IMG/VR virus record: IMGVR_UViG_3300025727_000008
Location: 1 to 64,000 of that record
Reading direction: 5' to 3' (one strand)
DNA length: 64,000 nucleotides
Origin: a virus
Made by a program: the position numbers and the translations under genes. A model generated the notes under the pieces. The model saw nothing but the letters and a program-made list of their open reading frames with translations, had not been told where the DNA came from and did not search any database. Shown here one piece after another: positions 1 through 10,268 of this stretch (position 1 is the first letter of the stretch; each line of letters starts with the position of its first letter).

Positions 1-2840
1 ATTTTTAATAAATATGTACTGGAAGGCATATCTTCATCAACAATAGAATTATCTGATTTTATTCTTTTAACTATATTTGAAGGTTTTAATATATCATAAC
101 CATAAGAACCATCAATTTCAAAAGAACCATTATTAGAAGTTAATTTTAAATCTAAATAAGTAAAGGTATTATAAGTAGAATTATATGTAAAGTTTAATCC
201 TTCATTAAAAACCAATCCCTTTTCAGAAGTATTTGTGAAATCTGTAGGTCTTGTTGTTTCAGTTACATTAGTTGCTAACGCTTTAACACCCGAAATAAAT
301 CTAGAAGAAGTATCTAAAGGATTGTAATAATATATGTTAGTATTGTTTGACGAAGAAACATACGCTTTATCCTTTAATATAATTGTAGTAGTTGTGTTAG
401 GGTCAATTCCTGATTGTGTACTACTAGAGTATTCTCCTATTAATTCATAAGACGAATTAAAGAATAACATATATTTTTTAAAAGTAAATGCGCCATCAAT
501 TGTTATACTAGTCGAAACATCTTTTGTAACTGCCCCATCAGAATTAACAGGTGAAGAAAAATTATCTATATGTGGATTTAATGTAGAATAAACTATATCA
601 TCAGTAAAGTTTAGATTTTTATTTACAGTAGTTGTTAATAAATTAGCAATTTCATCTCTACCTGATATAGTATAAGTCATCATACCTGATTCATTTTTAG
701 ACTCTATATCTTCAACATTACCATTGAATACTTCTTCATTTAGAGTATAACTACCATTATAATAATACATTCTTGATATTGGGGTTTTTTGATAATATTG
801 TTTAGTGGAATCTAATATAGTTAGATATTTATGTGTTCTATCACCATAGTTTACTCTCACATCATGCCCTGATTTATTGGTAATAGACAATCTAGCATTA
901 TATAATTTTGTATTTTTAACTTCTACTGTTCGATTCTCTAAAGTTAATCTATCACTTTGGTCATGTCTTACTTCTGTATCTGCTGCGAACTCCACATTTA
1001 ATTTATTATTAGAATATGGAACTACATAACAATCTACACTACTGAAACTATGAACAGTAGAACCACCAACAAATACACTACTGTTTACTGTCTTTCTAGC
1101 ATCTATCGTAAATGTTTGAGTGGTTAATGTATAATTTCTTGTTGATACGGAAGCGATAATATAATGATACCCATCTATTTCTACAATAGTATTATCTGCT
1201 AATATTGAAGCATAATCATATTCACCTGTTAAACCATTTATAGTAATTGTATTAGAACTAGAACTAACGGTATGTTCTATTTTTTTAAGTTTCAATGTAT
1301 CAGAATAAAGACCATTTCTAACTACCATTTTAGAATCTTCTTTAACTTTCAAATGTTGTGTACCACTATTATCTAAAGTAACTACCGTAGCCATTTTACT
1401 CATTTTATTTTTTGGATTATTAACAATGGTATCTAATGTAGTAGGAATTTTATCATTCTTTAATTGTGCAGATTCAAAAGTTATATATTTTATAGCCCCA
1501 TTTAAATTTTCACTATTAGTCCAAACATTACCCGAAAAAGAGTTTGCGTCTGTTAAACTTCTTTTCATTAATGGGAATGCTTTGTTCCAATATAAGGGGT
1601 CAAAATTACTATCATCTTCATCATCTATTAAAGTATTATCAACTAATATAGCATCTAAATTATTTCTTCCTAAATTCTGTATAGTATTATTGTATTTGCT
1701 TTCTGTTTTGAATACTACATTTTGTATTGTTGTTCCTATTCTTAAATTAAAATTAACATTTGTTGCTGCGAGTGGAGTTGAGTGTCTATAAAAATCTAAA
1801 TAAAATCTATGATAAGATGTAACAGTGTATTTCAATTCTACATTTCCTAAATAATTAGTTCCATTAAAAATTGCCATTCCTTCTTGCAATTTATCATAAT
1901 CATCACTAGACACTATAAAATATTTTCCTGTACTGCCTACTTCATATTGTGTTATACTGCCATTAGGAACACCTGCGGTAACAAAATCAGTAGCCACAAT
2001 AACATCGTCATCATCCCAAACTCTAGTAGAAGTTACCGTATATTTTTCATTGTAATCTAATTGGTCTTTTTCCTTTAACCTATCATTGTAAAAATAAAAG
2101 GTAGGAGTATTTACATTACATATTTTATCGTATTTATCTGTTGTAGCAGAATTATCTCCCCTTAAACCATAAGATACCGCTACTAAATCTGTATCTGTTT
2201 TTGCTGCTCCCTTGTATATTTCAAATGTAGTTCCTTTTGGTATATCACCATTATATTTAGGACTAAACTCTACACCATCACCAAATTCATCAAATGAAAC
2301 TATTCTAGTTACTTTAGCAAAGTGTGCATTAACAGAGTCAACTCCCTTACCGCTTGCAGTATCTAATATATCATGGTTTAAAATTATAAAATAATCATAA
2401 TCTTCTATATCTAAACCTACTCTATCAGTAGGAAAGTCCGAACTAGGATGATAAGTTGCTCGCAAGTTAGTAGCAATATTATTAACAGTTTCGTCAGCAA
2501 AATTAGAATCATATATTTTTACTTTGAAAGAAGGAGTTGTTTCTTTGTTTGTAGTGGCTACTATTTTCGTTTGAACTGTACCATCCTTTCTAGGTGCTTT
2601 TCTTATTTCTGTATGAATTATAGAAGAGAATGGGTTAGTATTACTTTCTATTTTATAATCAGTTTCATTTTCTAAACCTGCTGTATATAATGTAGGGTTA
2701 ACTGAAACATTTTTAAATGCCTTTGCTTTATTATTAGTACTGTTTCTATCAGTATAAACATTAGACCCATTGCTAATAGTTATCTCAGTTTCACTAACAC
2801 CTATATTTAATGGAAATAACATTCTACCCGAATAAGACAC
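1..2840 (-). CDS. Large tail-tip/baseplate-region structural protein, truncated by window edge (>940 aa)
   Basis: GTG at 2840 with GGTGA SD at 2846-2850 (MSYSGRMLFPLNIGVSETEI...). Absent from the ORF track, consistent with running off the window. S/T/N-rich and downstream of tail genes. Confidence 0.6.
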   Translation of the reverse strand, partial: MSYSGRMLFPLNIGVSETEITISNGSNVYTDRNSTNNKAKAFKNVSVNPTLYTAGLENETDYKIESNTNPFSSIIHTEIRKAPRKDGTVQTKIVATTNKETTPSFKVKIYDSNFADETVNNIATNLRATYHPSSDFPTDRVGLDIEDYDYFIILNHDILDTASGKGVDSVNAHFAKVTRIVSFDEFGDGVEFSPKYNGDIPKGTTFEIYKGAAKTDTDLVAVSYGLRGDNSATTDKYDKICNVNTPTFYFYNDRLKEKDQLDYNEKYTVTSTRVWDDDDVIVATDFVTAGVPNGSITQYEVGSTGKYFIVSSDDYDKLQEGMAIFNGTNYLGNVELKYTVTSYHRFYLDFYRHSTPLAATNVNFNLRIGTTIQNVVFKTESKYNNTIQNLGRNNLDAILVDNTLIDDEDDSNFDPLYWNKAFPLMKRSLTDANSFSGNVWTNSENLNGAIKYITFESAQLKNDKIPTTLDTIVNNPKNKMSKMATVVTLDNSGTQHLKVKEDSKMVVRNGLYSDTLKLKKIEHTVSSSSNTITINGLTGEYDYASILADNTIVEIDGYHYIIASVSTRNYTLTTQTFTIDARKTVNSSVFVGGSTVHSFSSVDCYVVPYSNNKLNVEFAADTEVRHDQSDRLTLENRTVEVKNTKLYNARLSITNKSGHDVRVNYGDRTHKYLTILDSTKQYYQKTPISRMYYYNGSYTLNEEVFNGNVEDIESKNESGMMTYTISGRDEIANLLTTTVNKNLNFTDDIVYSTLNPHIDNFSSPVNSDGAVTKDVSTSITIDGAFTFKKYMLFFNSSYELIGEYSSSTQSGIDPNTTTTIILKDKAYVSSSNNTNIYYYNPLDTSSRFISGVKALATNVTETTRPTDFTNTSEKGLVFNEGLNFTYNSTYNTFTYLDLKLTSNNGSFEIDGSYGYDILKPSNIVKRIKSDNSIVDEDMPSSTYLLK

Positions 2841-2841
2841 T

Positions 2842-3915
2842 TCACTCACCAAATGTATAATAAAATAAAATATTACTGTAACTAGGAGTTAAAGTATTAA
2901 GTGTTAAACTAGGTTCTTTTCCTTTATGCATGGAGATTTCAAATAATTCTCCCATAAATTGTTCGCTAATTAAAGTACCTTTACCAATTCTAGACTCTCC
3001 ACTATTTGTTGTATTATCAAATTCAAATGCAGGTACAGAAATAGTTTGAGTTTTAATAGATTGATTATTAACATAAAGTTCTATTTCTCCGTTCTTCCTG
3101 TAAGAACATGAAACCTTGTAAATTTCTTCTAAATACATTGCTTCTCTAGGTTGAGAAATATAAATTGATACTCCCGATAAAGAGGAAGAAGAATTAAGTG
3201 TAGTATTTGAGCCGCTTTTACTAATCACTTTTCCTAAACTAACACCACTACTATTGAATATTTCAGTACCGCCACTACTATGCGCTCCTAATTCAGCCAT
3301 TTTAGTAGAATAACTACTACCAAAAGTTAGCGTAGCACCGGAAATAGTAGCGTCAGAAGCCAATTCAGTAAGACTAGTAGTGTGTTTTTGGTAATAACCA
3401 TCTTCATCATAATAACCATGTAAAGTATTAACCGATGTTATAATCGGACTATCACTAGAAATAGTAGTAGTTAATCCTGATGTATTAGTAAAATCAACAC
3501 ATAGTTTATATTCAGCAGGTTGATTATAATTAGTAGTTGTAGTATTTTGTAAATAAAATTTAAAATTATTATTGTGAAATAACATCATTTTATGAGAAAG
3601 GCGATTTGTTATATGATTTGTATAATCCCCTGTACCAAAGTATCTAGAACTTTGAAACCCACTTTCAGTTTCATCTTCGGCAGGACTAGGTGGAGTTTTT
3701 GTTGATGTTTTAGTATCTATATCATCAGAAGCATGACCATTACCATTAACGTCATATGGCGTTATAATTGCTTCAATGGTAAAACTATCAGAGTGATTCC
3801 AGAAGTTGCCTCTAGACGTGCCTGTGCCTACTGTATCGGCATCTAATTTTAAATAACCATCACACATAACAGGAAATACTAATGCTTTAGAATTTCCAAT
3901 ATAAACATTAGCCAT
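2842..3915 (-). CDS. Tail protein with LamG/concanavalin-like jelly-roll features
   Basis: SFTIEAIITP, IELYVNN, RIG...FMGELFEISM are LamG-type motifs; tail-tip position. Confidence 0.6.
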   Translation of the reverse strand: MANVYIGNSKALVFPVMCDGYLKLDADTVGTGTSRGNFWNHSDSFTIEAIITPYDVNGNGHASDDIDTKTSTKTPPSPAEDETESGFQSSRYFGTGDYTNHITNRLSHKMMLFHNNNFKFYLQNTTTTNYNQPAEYKLCVDFTNTSGLTTTISSDSPIITSVNTLHGYYDEDGYYQKHTTSLTELASDATISGATLTFGSSYSTKMAELGAHSSGGTEIFNSSGVSLGKVISKSGSNTTLNSSSSLSGVSIYISQPREAMYLEEIYKVSCSYRKNGEIELYVNNQSIKTQTISVPAFEFDNTTNSGESRIGKGTLISEQFMGELFEISMHKGKEPSLTLNTLTPSYSNILFYYTFGE

Positions 3916-3927
3916 TTTACTACCTCA

Positions 3928-4626
3928 TCAATCAAAGAAATTATCGCCTATTACTTTCGCTTCTTCAAAATCTAAAGTAAATCCAATACTAGGAAATTCA
4001 GTGGCTATTATATTTGTAGTAAATGAACGAACAAAACCAGTTACTCCTGTATGATTTTCAGTTTTTTCAGCAGCCTTAAAAATAGATGATTGGTCATTCA
4101 TAGTATTGCCTGTTCCCATTGTAAAATTATTATCATAGGCTCTGTTCTTCCACGAAAAAGGTATAATTGGTAGTGTTTCTATTGAAGTATTTGCATCAAC
4201 ATTTGTTCTATAATTAAATTCATTATTAACCCTACTAGGATAAAAAAACAAAATTTTACTTATATTTTGGTCATCCTGTAAAGAACTTGAATCAACATAA
4301 GAATGTATTAATTGTGCCAATTCAAATGAAGTCATAACAACCTCTTTTGCATCGGCTGTTCCTGATTGTTTCTTAATAGTCTGCTCAACTAATGTTCCCG
4401 ACAAAGACATAGTTTTGGATGATAACCCCATATCAAATGCTAAATTAAGAGATTCCCCTCTAACTGCACCTGATAATGGAACTCCCATATTTGGAACAGT
4501 TTTAGTAGTCATAATATTTACAGAGTCAACATGCAAAGGAATTCTATTTATTATGGCATCATCACCAATTTCATTCCTTCTAGATAATTCTAACATTACC
4601 ATGTTATTAGGGTCTAGTGCGCTCAA
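3928..4626 (-). CDS. Distal tail / baseplate hub-like protein
   Basis: Immediately after tape measure; beta-rich, ends FTLDFEE; positional inference. Confidence 0.45.
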   Translation of the reverse strand: MSALDPNNMVMLELSRRNEIGDDAIINRIPLHVDSVNIMTTKTVPNMGVPLSGAVRGESLNLAFDMGLSSKTMSLSGTLVEQTIKKQSGTADAKEVVMTSFELAQLIHSYVDSSSLQDDQNISKILFFYPSRVNNEFNYRTNVDANTSIETLPIIPFSWKNRAYDNNFTMGTGNTMNDQSSIFKAAEKTENHTGVTGFVRSFTTNIIATEFPSIGFTLDFEEAKVIGDNFFD

Positions 4627-6248
4627 AAGTTATTCACCACCGAACCGGTTCTATTCATTCTAAGGTTAATTTCTCTAGCAACCTTATTTGCTATATCTCG
4701 TATCTCTGTATCGGAAGCACCAACTCTACCATTAACATTAACATTAATTGTATTACCACCTGAGCCGCCCATCATTCCTTTACTATCTGCATTAGAATGT
4801 ACTCTTGAGCCTCTTGGTAGAGATACTAATTCTGCACCTCTTTCTCCAACTAATTGCATATTAGAATTAACTACCCCGCCTGTACTAAATGGATTAATTG
4901 CCGCTACTAAAATACCTCCTAATGTCCATGCTAGTATAACAGGTAAAGAATAAATAGCAATACCAAGATATGTTAAAGCACCAAGTACTAAACCTATTGA
5001 AATCATTATCCCTGCTATTGTATCTACTGTTGTTGCTCCACCTTCTAATAAAGATTCTAATATTTCTCCTAAAATAGATATAACTGATATAAATGATAAC
5101 CAAACAAGCCCCCCTAATACTTGAAGTGCTAATTTTAGAATATTAGCACCAATTAAAATTATCCCCCCAACAACCATTAAAAAATCACCCTGAACAAACC
5201 CATCGTATAATAAATAGAAAGCACCTACTAAATCACTAATGGTATTCATTATTCCACCTAACACAAAATTAATTTCTTCTTTAATAGTAACCCATGCTTC
5301 TATTAATGGTTCTTTTAATAATTGGAATGCTTTTCTAATAGCAAATAGAGTCAATACAATAATTGCAAACCATTTCATTGCTGTTTTAAAGAAATTCCAC
5401 CCTGATTTAAGATAGCCCTTGAAGTTCTTTCTTATCTTTGTGAAAAAATCAAACAATAGCACTTGTTTTTCAATTACCCCTTTCCTAAACTCAGAAAACT
5501 CCTTTTGTTTATCAAAATATTTTTGCAACCCCTTTCTTCCACTGAGCCAATTAGTAATTTTACCTTCTTTCTTAGGTTTCTTATTTTGTCTTTCTGTAAT
5601 TATGTTATCCATATAACGTTTCTTTTCTAATGTTCCAGCCGCTTCTTCTTTTCTATCCTCAATTTGTTTAAATTGTCTTTCTGTAATTTCTTTGGTGTAA
5701 TTTAATACTTCTTTCATATCATCTAAATTTTTAGTATCAATACCCTTCTCACCAAAAAGAAGATATTCTACTCCATCAAAACCCTTAAAAGAGTTTCTTA
5801 AAGTTTCCACCATATTTTTTGCTTTTTTAAGTCCAGTTGCTCCATCATTCAAACTATTAAAAAAATCCTTATCATATAATTTTTTAAATGGCTTCATTGC
5901 AGTTTCCATTTCTCGTACTTCCAATAAGGCTTCCATTGCCTTCATTGCTTCTTCCGTTGATGCCGTTTGTTTCTTATGATATTCGTTTATTATAGTGAAA
6001 CCTGCTCTAACTTTATTTTGTAATTGCCAAAAAGTAGGAAGAATACCCGAAGCCAATCTACTGATAACACCTAACGCTTTAGAACCTGCTAAAGTATCAA
6101 TAGTCTTTTGAAACCCAGTTTGAGAACCCGACAAAGCCTCCGTTGCCCTTTTTACATCATATAATTTTGCAGTGAATACATTGGCTTCTTTAGCCGCTTC
6201 AATAAAGATAGAGCGAAAGTTATCAATCTCATTGTTATTTGAAACCAT
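4623..6248 (-). CDS. Tail tape measure protein
   Basis: Helical N-terminus, hydrophobic segments, C-terminal FSTGGVV..LVGERGAELVSLPRGSRVHSN typical of TMPs; follows tail chaperone. Confidence 0.85.
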   Translation of the reverse strand: MVSNNNEIDNFRSIFIEAAKEANVFTAKLYDVKRATEALSGSQTGFQKTIDTLAGSKALGVISRLASGILPTFWQLQNKVRAGFTIINEYHKKQTASTEEAMKAMEALLEVREMETAMKPFKKLYDKDFFNSLNDGATGLKKAKNMVETLRNSFKGFDGVEYLLFGEKGIDTKNLDDMKEVLNYTKEITERQFKQIEDRKEEAAGTLEKKRYMDNIITERQNKKPKKEGKITNWLSGRKGLQKYFDKQKEFSEFRKGVIEKQVLLFDFFTKIRKNFKGYLKSGWNFFKTAMKWFAIIVLTLFAIRKAFQLLKEPLIEAWVTIKEEINFVLGGIMNTISDLVGAFYLLYDGFVQGDFLMVVGGIILIGANILKLALQVLGGLVWLSFISVISILGEILESLLEGGATTVDTIAGIMISIGLVLGALTYLGIAIYSLPVILAWTLGGILVAAINPFSTGGVVNSNMQLVGERGAELVSLPRGSRVHSNADSKGMMGGSGGNTINVNVNGRVGASDTEIRDIANKVAREINLRMNRTGSVVNNF

Positions 6249-6252
6249 AATA

Positions 6253-6468
6253 TCACTTCTGTTTCATTTTTTCCATTTCTTCTGCTTCTATTTTCTTAAC
6301 TTCGCCATGTATTTCTAACATTTGTTTTACAAGAATTGCAGGAGTACAGTATGCCTCTAAAGGACTAATACTGAAAGTTGTTGAGTATGTATATATCATT
6401 ATTCGTGAAACAATATTTGGTGGAACTTCTCCACCTTTTAATGCTCTACGAATTAACTTTCGTTTCCC
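6253..6468 (-). CDS. -1 frameshift extension of tail chaperone (gpGT-like)
   Basis: GGGAAAC heptamer at 6468-6462 in X XXY YYZ phase; -1 frame open to TGA at 6255-6253 (RKLIRRALKGGEVPPNIVSRIMIYTYSTTFSISPLEAY...EKMKQK). Confidence 0.8.
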   Translation of the reverse strand, partial: GKRKLIRRALKGGEVPPNIVSRIMIYTYSTTFSISPLEAYCTPAILVKQMLEIHGEVKKIEAEEMEKMKQK

Positions 6469-6833
6469 GTATCATCCCCCATCATATCGGTGAAAGGATT
6501 AGGGAGAATTTCTTTTAATTGTGCGCCAACATAAGGGCTAAGTCGTAGTAAATCAACAGACGATAAAACTGGGTCTGTTTTTTCAACAAAATTTTCAACC
6601 ATGAACTTATACATCTTATTCAAATCTAAATCAAAAGATTGAGTTTTTGAATCAATTTTCATCACGCTTGATAACGCTTGTTCTACCTGTAACCAAGTTG
6701 GTTCTTTAATCCAAACTTGTAGGTATTCATCAGATTCAGGTTCAACCCGTATATGATGGCATTCTGTATTTACTGCGGCAAATAGCCGGCTCTTATCTGT
6801 TATCGCTTTTTTTTCTTCTACCATATTTTCCAC
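6453..6833 (-). CDS. Tail assembly chaperone (gpG-like)
   Basis: Between tail tube and TMP; ends in slippery G GGA AAC. Confidence 0.8.
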   Translation of the reverse strand: MENMVEEKKAITDKSRLFAAVNTECHHIRVEPESDEYLQVWIKEPTWLQVEQALSSVMKIDSKTQSFDLDLNKMYKFMVENFVEKTDPVLSSVDLLRLSPYVGAQLKEILPNPFTDMMGDDTGNES

Positions 6834-6916
6834 CTAACTAATACTAACTAACAAACAAACAAATGTGTTAGTGGAATGTGATAATGAACTATTATTTAAT
6901 TAAATAGTCCTCCGTA

Positions 6917-8452
6917 TTAATGCATTAAAGCCCATTTACCTTTATATTGTGCATTGGATAATGTTCTTGCTGATGCTGTGAATGCTACTTCTATTGCTCC
7001 TTTATCTTCAGGGAATGGGATATCAACAGTACTGAGTATAAAATCTGTTAATGTTAATGTAATAAATTCTTCTGTTTCTTTTGTAAAGTTCACAACAATA
7101 TTACCTGTTGATTCGTTATCCTTTCTCAACTCATCCCATAATGTTGTATCTGTAATTAGTGCCGTCATTGAAACTTCATATGTTCTTTGTGCAGGTATAT
7201 GTTCATTCATAACTTGCCTACTTGTATTTCCAATATATCTTTGAGGGGTTATGTTATTATTAATAGTAATAGAACCTGATTTAATCCTTGCATATGTTTG
7301 ACTGAATACTTCTAAAGCACCGTCTGAAAACATAAATGGATAATTATCAGAATCAGTAACACTAAAGTTTTTCAAACCACTAGGAGTTAGAACTCCATTG
7401 TGAGGAATGTAATTATTAGCGGTATCAGTAACAACATCATATGCCCTTCTAGTAACTAAATCTAAACTTGTTTTTAACTCCATACCTTCTTCAAAATTAA
7501 GAGTCAATGTATTAACTTGGCATCCTGTAAAGATACGAGAAAATATGTTTTCATGTGGGGTCAGATTATCAACGGCAGTGGTTGCAGCCACACCTGCTTT
7601 TCTATAAGATACATCTAACCCAAAAGACGGTAAAGATGCTCCATTGGATTCATCAAAGGTATAGGTTAAAACACTAGTAGTTCCCATTTCATGATAATTG
7701 GCTAAATCACTAATACTAGTAGCAGGTGTAGTATCAGTAGTATTTGTTGAAAGAGGCGGGTATTCAGCACCACCCGCAATTGGAACTCTAACTAAACCTT
7801 GTGAAACATCATTAGCAATGAACTTATTATTAGTCGATGAAGTCCAATCAACAGCATTATTGGTAATTCCTAATCCTGTTACTTTTCCTAAAGCATAATA
7901 CAACCAAGAACCATTATTTAATGATAAATCTAAAGAGCCACCACTAACAGTTTCAGCACCTCTAAATTGTAAAGCAAGATTTCTAGTATTTCCACCCATT
8001 AAAGCCAGTTGTGTAACTGGTGCATCAACGCTTGGTGGAGAAAAGGAATTAACTAACCCTAACCAATTATCAGATAATAGTTTTTGGTTAGTAGTTGAAG
8101 GTGCAATAACAGGCGCACCGAATGATAATAATTTAACATCTACATTTTCTGTACCGATTGCTTCCATATCAGAAACATTTGAATCAAAAGTAAAACTATT
8201 TTCAGTATTTGATGTAACCGTTACATAGTAAACTACTGCGGGAGTAGCAGAATCAGTAACTTTCGCTCTGCATCCAACATATAAATCAGTCAAAAACTTA
8301 AACTTATCACTATCGGCAGTAGCCAAAACTGCAATATTTAAATCGGTATTTCCAGCAGCCCAAGTAACTACCATACTATCAAAATACATATCCATTTCCG
8401 GCACTAATGTAGCCATTGTCCCTGCGCCTACAAATACTTCATTACTTACCAT
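6917..8452 (-). CDS. Major tail tube protein with insertion domains
   Basis: LPSFGLDV, FTGCQVNTLTL, SGSITINNN motifs of siphovirus tube proteins; position before chaperone/TMP; no sheath gene seen. Confidence 0.8.
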   Translation of the reverse strand: MVSNEVFVGAGTMATLVPEMDMYFDSMVVTWAAGNTDLNIAVLATADSDKFKFLTDLYVGCRAKVTDSATPAVVYYVTVTSNTENSFTFDSNVSDMEAIGTENVDVKLLSFGAPVIAPSTTNQKLLSDNWLGLVNSFSPPSVDAPVTQLALMGGNTRNLALQFRGAETVSGGSLDLSLNNGSWLYYALGKVTGLGITNNAVDWTSSTNNKFIANDVSQGLVRVPIAGGAEYPPLSTNTTDTTPATSISDLANYHEMGTTSVLTYTFDESNGASLPSFGLDVSYRKAGVAATTAVDNLTPHENIFSRIFTGCQVNTLTLNFEEGMELKTSLDLVTRRAYDVVTDTANNYIPHNGVLTPSGLKNFSVTDSDNYPFMFSDGALEVFSQTYARIKSGSITINNNITPQRYIGNTSRQVMNEHIPAQRTYEVSMTALITDTTLWDELRKDNESTGNIVVNFTKETEEFITLTLTDFILSTVDIPFPEDKGAIEVAFTASARTLSNAQYKGKWALMH

Positions 8453-8463
8453 TTTTAATCACC

Positions 8464-8991
8464 CTATGTATTACGACCGAACCGCTTCATTTCAACTGAT
8501 AACTTATACCCTAATAGTCTTTTACCCCTATCATTGGCTTCACTTCTACTCATCAATTTTAGTAACTCAGCACTTTCTTCTATTGTTCCTGAAGTACCGC
8601 CACCAACATACACAGTTGGTCGTAAAGAGTTGTGTTCTAAAATGTATCGTGCAATTCTATACAATGCTTGTAGTCTATCTCTAGAAAAAGTAATTGTTGG
8701 GAAATCTCTTCTATGTAAAACCCTCATGTGTAAGGTAAATGTGAAAGTTTCATTTCTAACTGCATAATCTATGGTAGGATATTCAATATTAGCACTCTCT
8801 TCAAAGACAATTATAACTTCTTGTGAATCTACATCTACTCTTCTTCCGGTTTTAGGTTCTATTGAACGAACATCAATAAATTTAGGAGTTACTGCATGAC
8901 TCGATATTATACTACCATTGCTCGTTAAAGTAGAGGCAGTTGCAGCCCAATTATCATTTAATAAACGAATAATAAAAGTTACTTCATCCAT
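8464..8991 (-). CDS. Tail terminator / neck protein
   Basis: Size and position directly upstream of tail tube. Confidence 0.55.
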   Translation of the reverse strand: MDEVTFIIRLLNDNWAATASTLTSNGSIISSHAVTPKFIDVRSIEPKTGRRVDVDSQEVIIVFEESANIEYPTIDYAVRNETFTFTLHMRVLHRRDFPTITFSRDRLQALYRIARYILEHNSLRPTVYVGGGTSGTIEESAELLKLMSRSEANDRGKRLLGYKLSVEMKRFGRNT

Positions 8992-9185
8992 ACACTTAAC
9001 TCCTTTTCAACATCTTTAACCAATTCTTTAGTAAGTATATCTATTGCATTATCTAAAATATTATCTTCAGAAAAACTAATGTCGAAGCCCAATTCAGTTT
9101 CTAATTCTTTAAGAATAAGATTACGTTCTTCTTGTATTCTTATTAATTCTGTTAATCTTTTAGAATAATTTTTCATAATAATCAC
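8979..9185 (-). CDS. Small hypothetical protein in neck module
   Basis: Overlaps both neighbours. Confidence 0.45.
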   Translation of the reverse strand: MIIMKNYSKRLTELIRIQEERNLILKELETELGFDISFSEDNILDNAIDILTKELVKDVEKELSVWMK

Positions 9186-10258
9186 GAAATAAAATGTATT
9201 ATATTCTTTTTCCCATTAATAATATCATTTGCTTCTTCTAATAAAATATCATGTTTAGTTTTTAAATCTATATTAGAACCTGTTTCTGCAATCAATATAG
9301 AATTATCATCATGTCGAATTACTTCTGCCGCAACTAATTTAGTAGTCGCCTCATGTATTCCGGCTGGAACTCTACCATCACCTGCAACATATGTAACTCT
9401 AATAGAATGATTTTGAACATATGGGAATTGTTTATGGAAAAATATCTTTCCTTCATGGTTTATCATCCAATAATCACCCATTCTATTTTGGTCTTGGTTG
9501 TCGGTAAATCCTGTAACCGTACCGAAATTAGAAGTAAGATTACATGCCGAACCATCTTCTCCTAACAGTAGTGAAGATATTATTACATTACCACCATTTT
9601 CTGAATCAACCGTAGCATAAAAGAAATCTGAAATATTTACATTAGAATTACCATTAGCAGTAACAGATTTAGCAGCAACTTCACCTGTAAATTTTGCTGT
9701 CTTATGTGGGAAAACTTCATTGATTGCATCTACTATTTGACTAGCAGTTGTCTTAGTACCAAAATTATCATAAAAATGTGTACTCTCTACTAAATTAAAA
9801 GTATAGGTTCCGACAGTTAATGATATAGTCCAAGCACTAGTTGTTACTGTTGTAGGCAAGGTTAGTTTAGCAGTAGCAGATGCTAAATCTTTATATTCGC
9901 TACCTTGCCAAACTTCTAATCTAACTAACTTTTGAATTCTTGGTTGTGATAATTGGACAAACCCAACATAATCTTTCCATATAGATACAGGATATGCACC
10001 TTGATTCCAACCATCAAAAGAAAAATATTCATCTCTATGTATAATAGGTCTGTATGATTGTCCGATTTTATCGTCTACTTTCTCTTCTGCTCTCTTAATT
10101 AATTTACCTAATTCGGCTCTTGTAGGAGTAGTGGTATCACTAAATGCACTAATTTGTAATAAATTAGAAACGTCAGTGTGAGTAGTATAATGTCCAAAAC
10201 CAATATTATAATTTACATCAATATTTGTGAAATCACTAGGAGAGGAAACTTTTACCAT
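9182..10258 (-). CDS. Head-tail adaptor (gp6/gp15-like) with insertion
   Basis: N-terminal YTTHTDVSNLL...LIKRAEEKVD and C-terminal IRVTYVAG..VPAGIHEATTKLVA pattern. Confidence 0.65.
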   Translation of the reverse strand: MVKVSSPSDFTNIDVNYNIGFGHYTTHTDVSNLLQISAFSDTTTPTRAELGKLIKRAEEKVDDKIGQSYRPIIHRDEYFSFDGWNQGAYPVSIWKDYVGFVQLSQPRIQKLVRLEVWQGSEYKDLASATAKLTLPTTVTTSAWTISLTVGTYTFNLVESTHFYDNFGTKTTASQIVDAINEVFPHKTAKFTGEVAAKSVTANGNSNVNISDFFYATVDSENGGNVIISSLLLGEDGSACNLTSNFGTVTGFTDNQDQNRMGDYWMINHEGKIFFHKQFPYVQNHSIRVTYVAGDGRVPAGIHEATTKLVAAEVIRHDDNSILIAETGSNIDLKTKHDILLEEANDIINGKKNIIHFIS

Positions 10259-10268
10259 AGTATTACAC

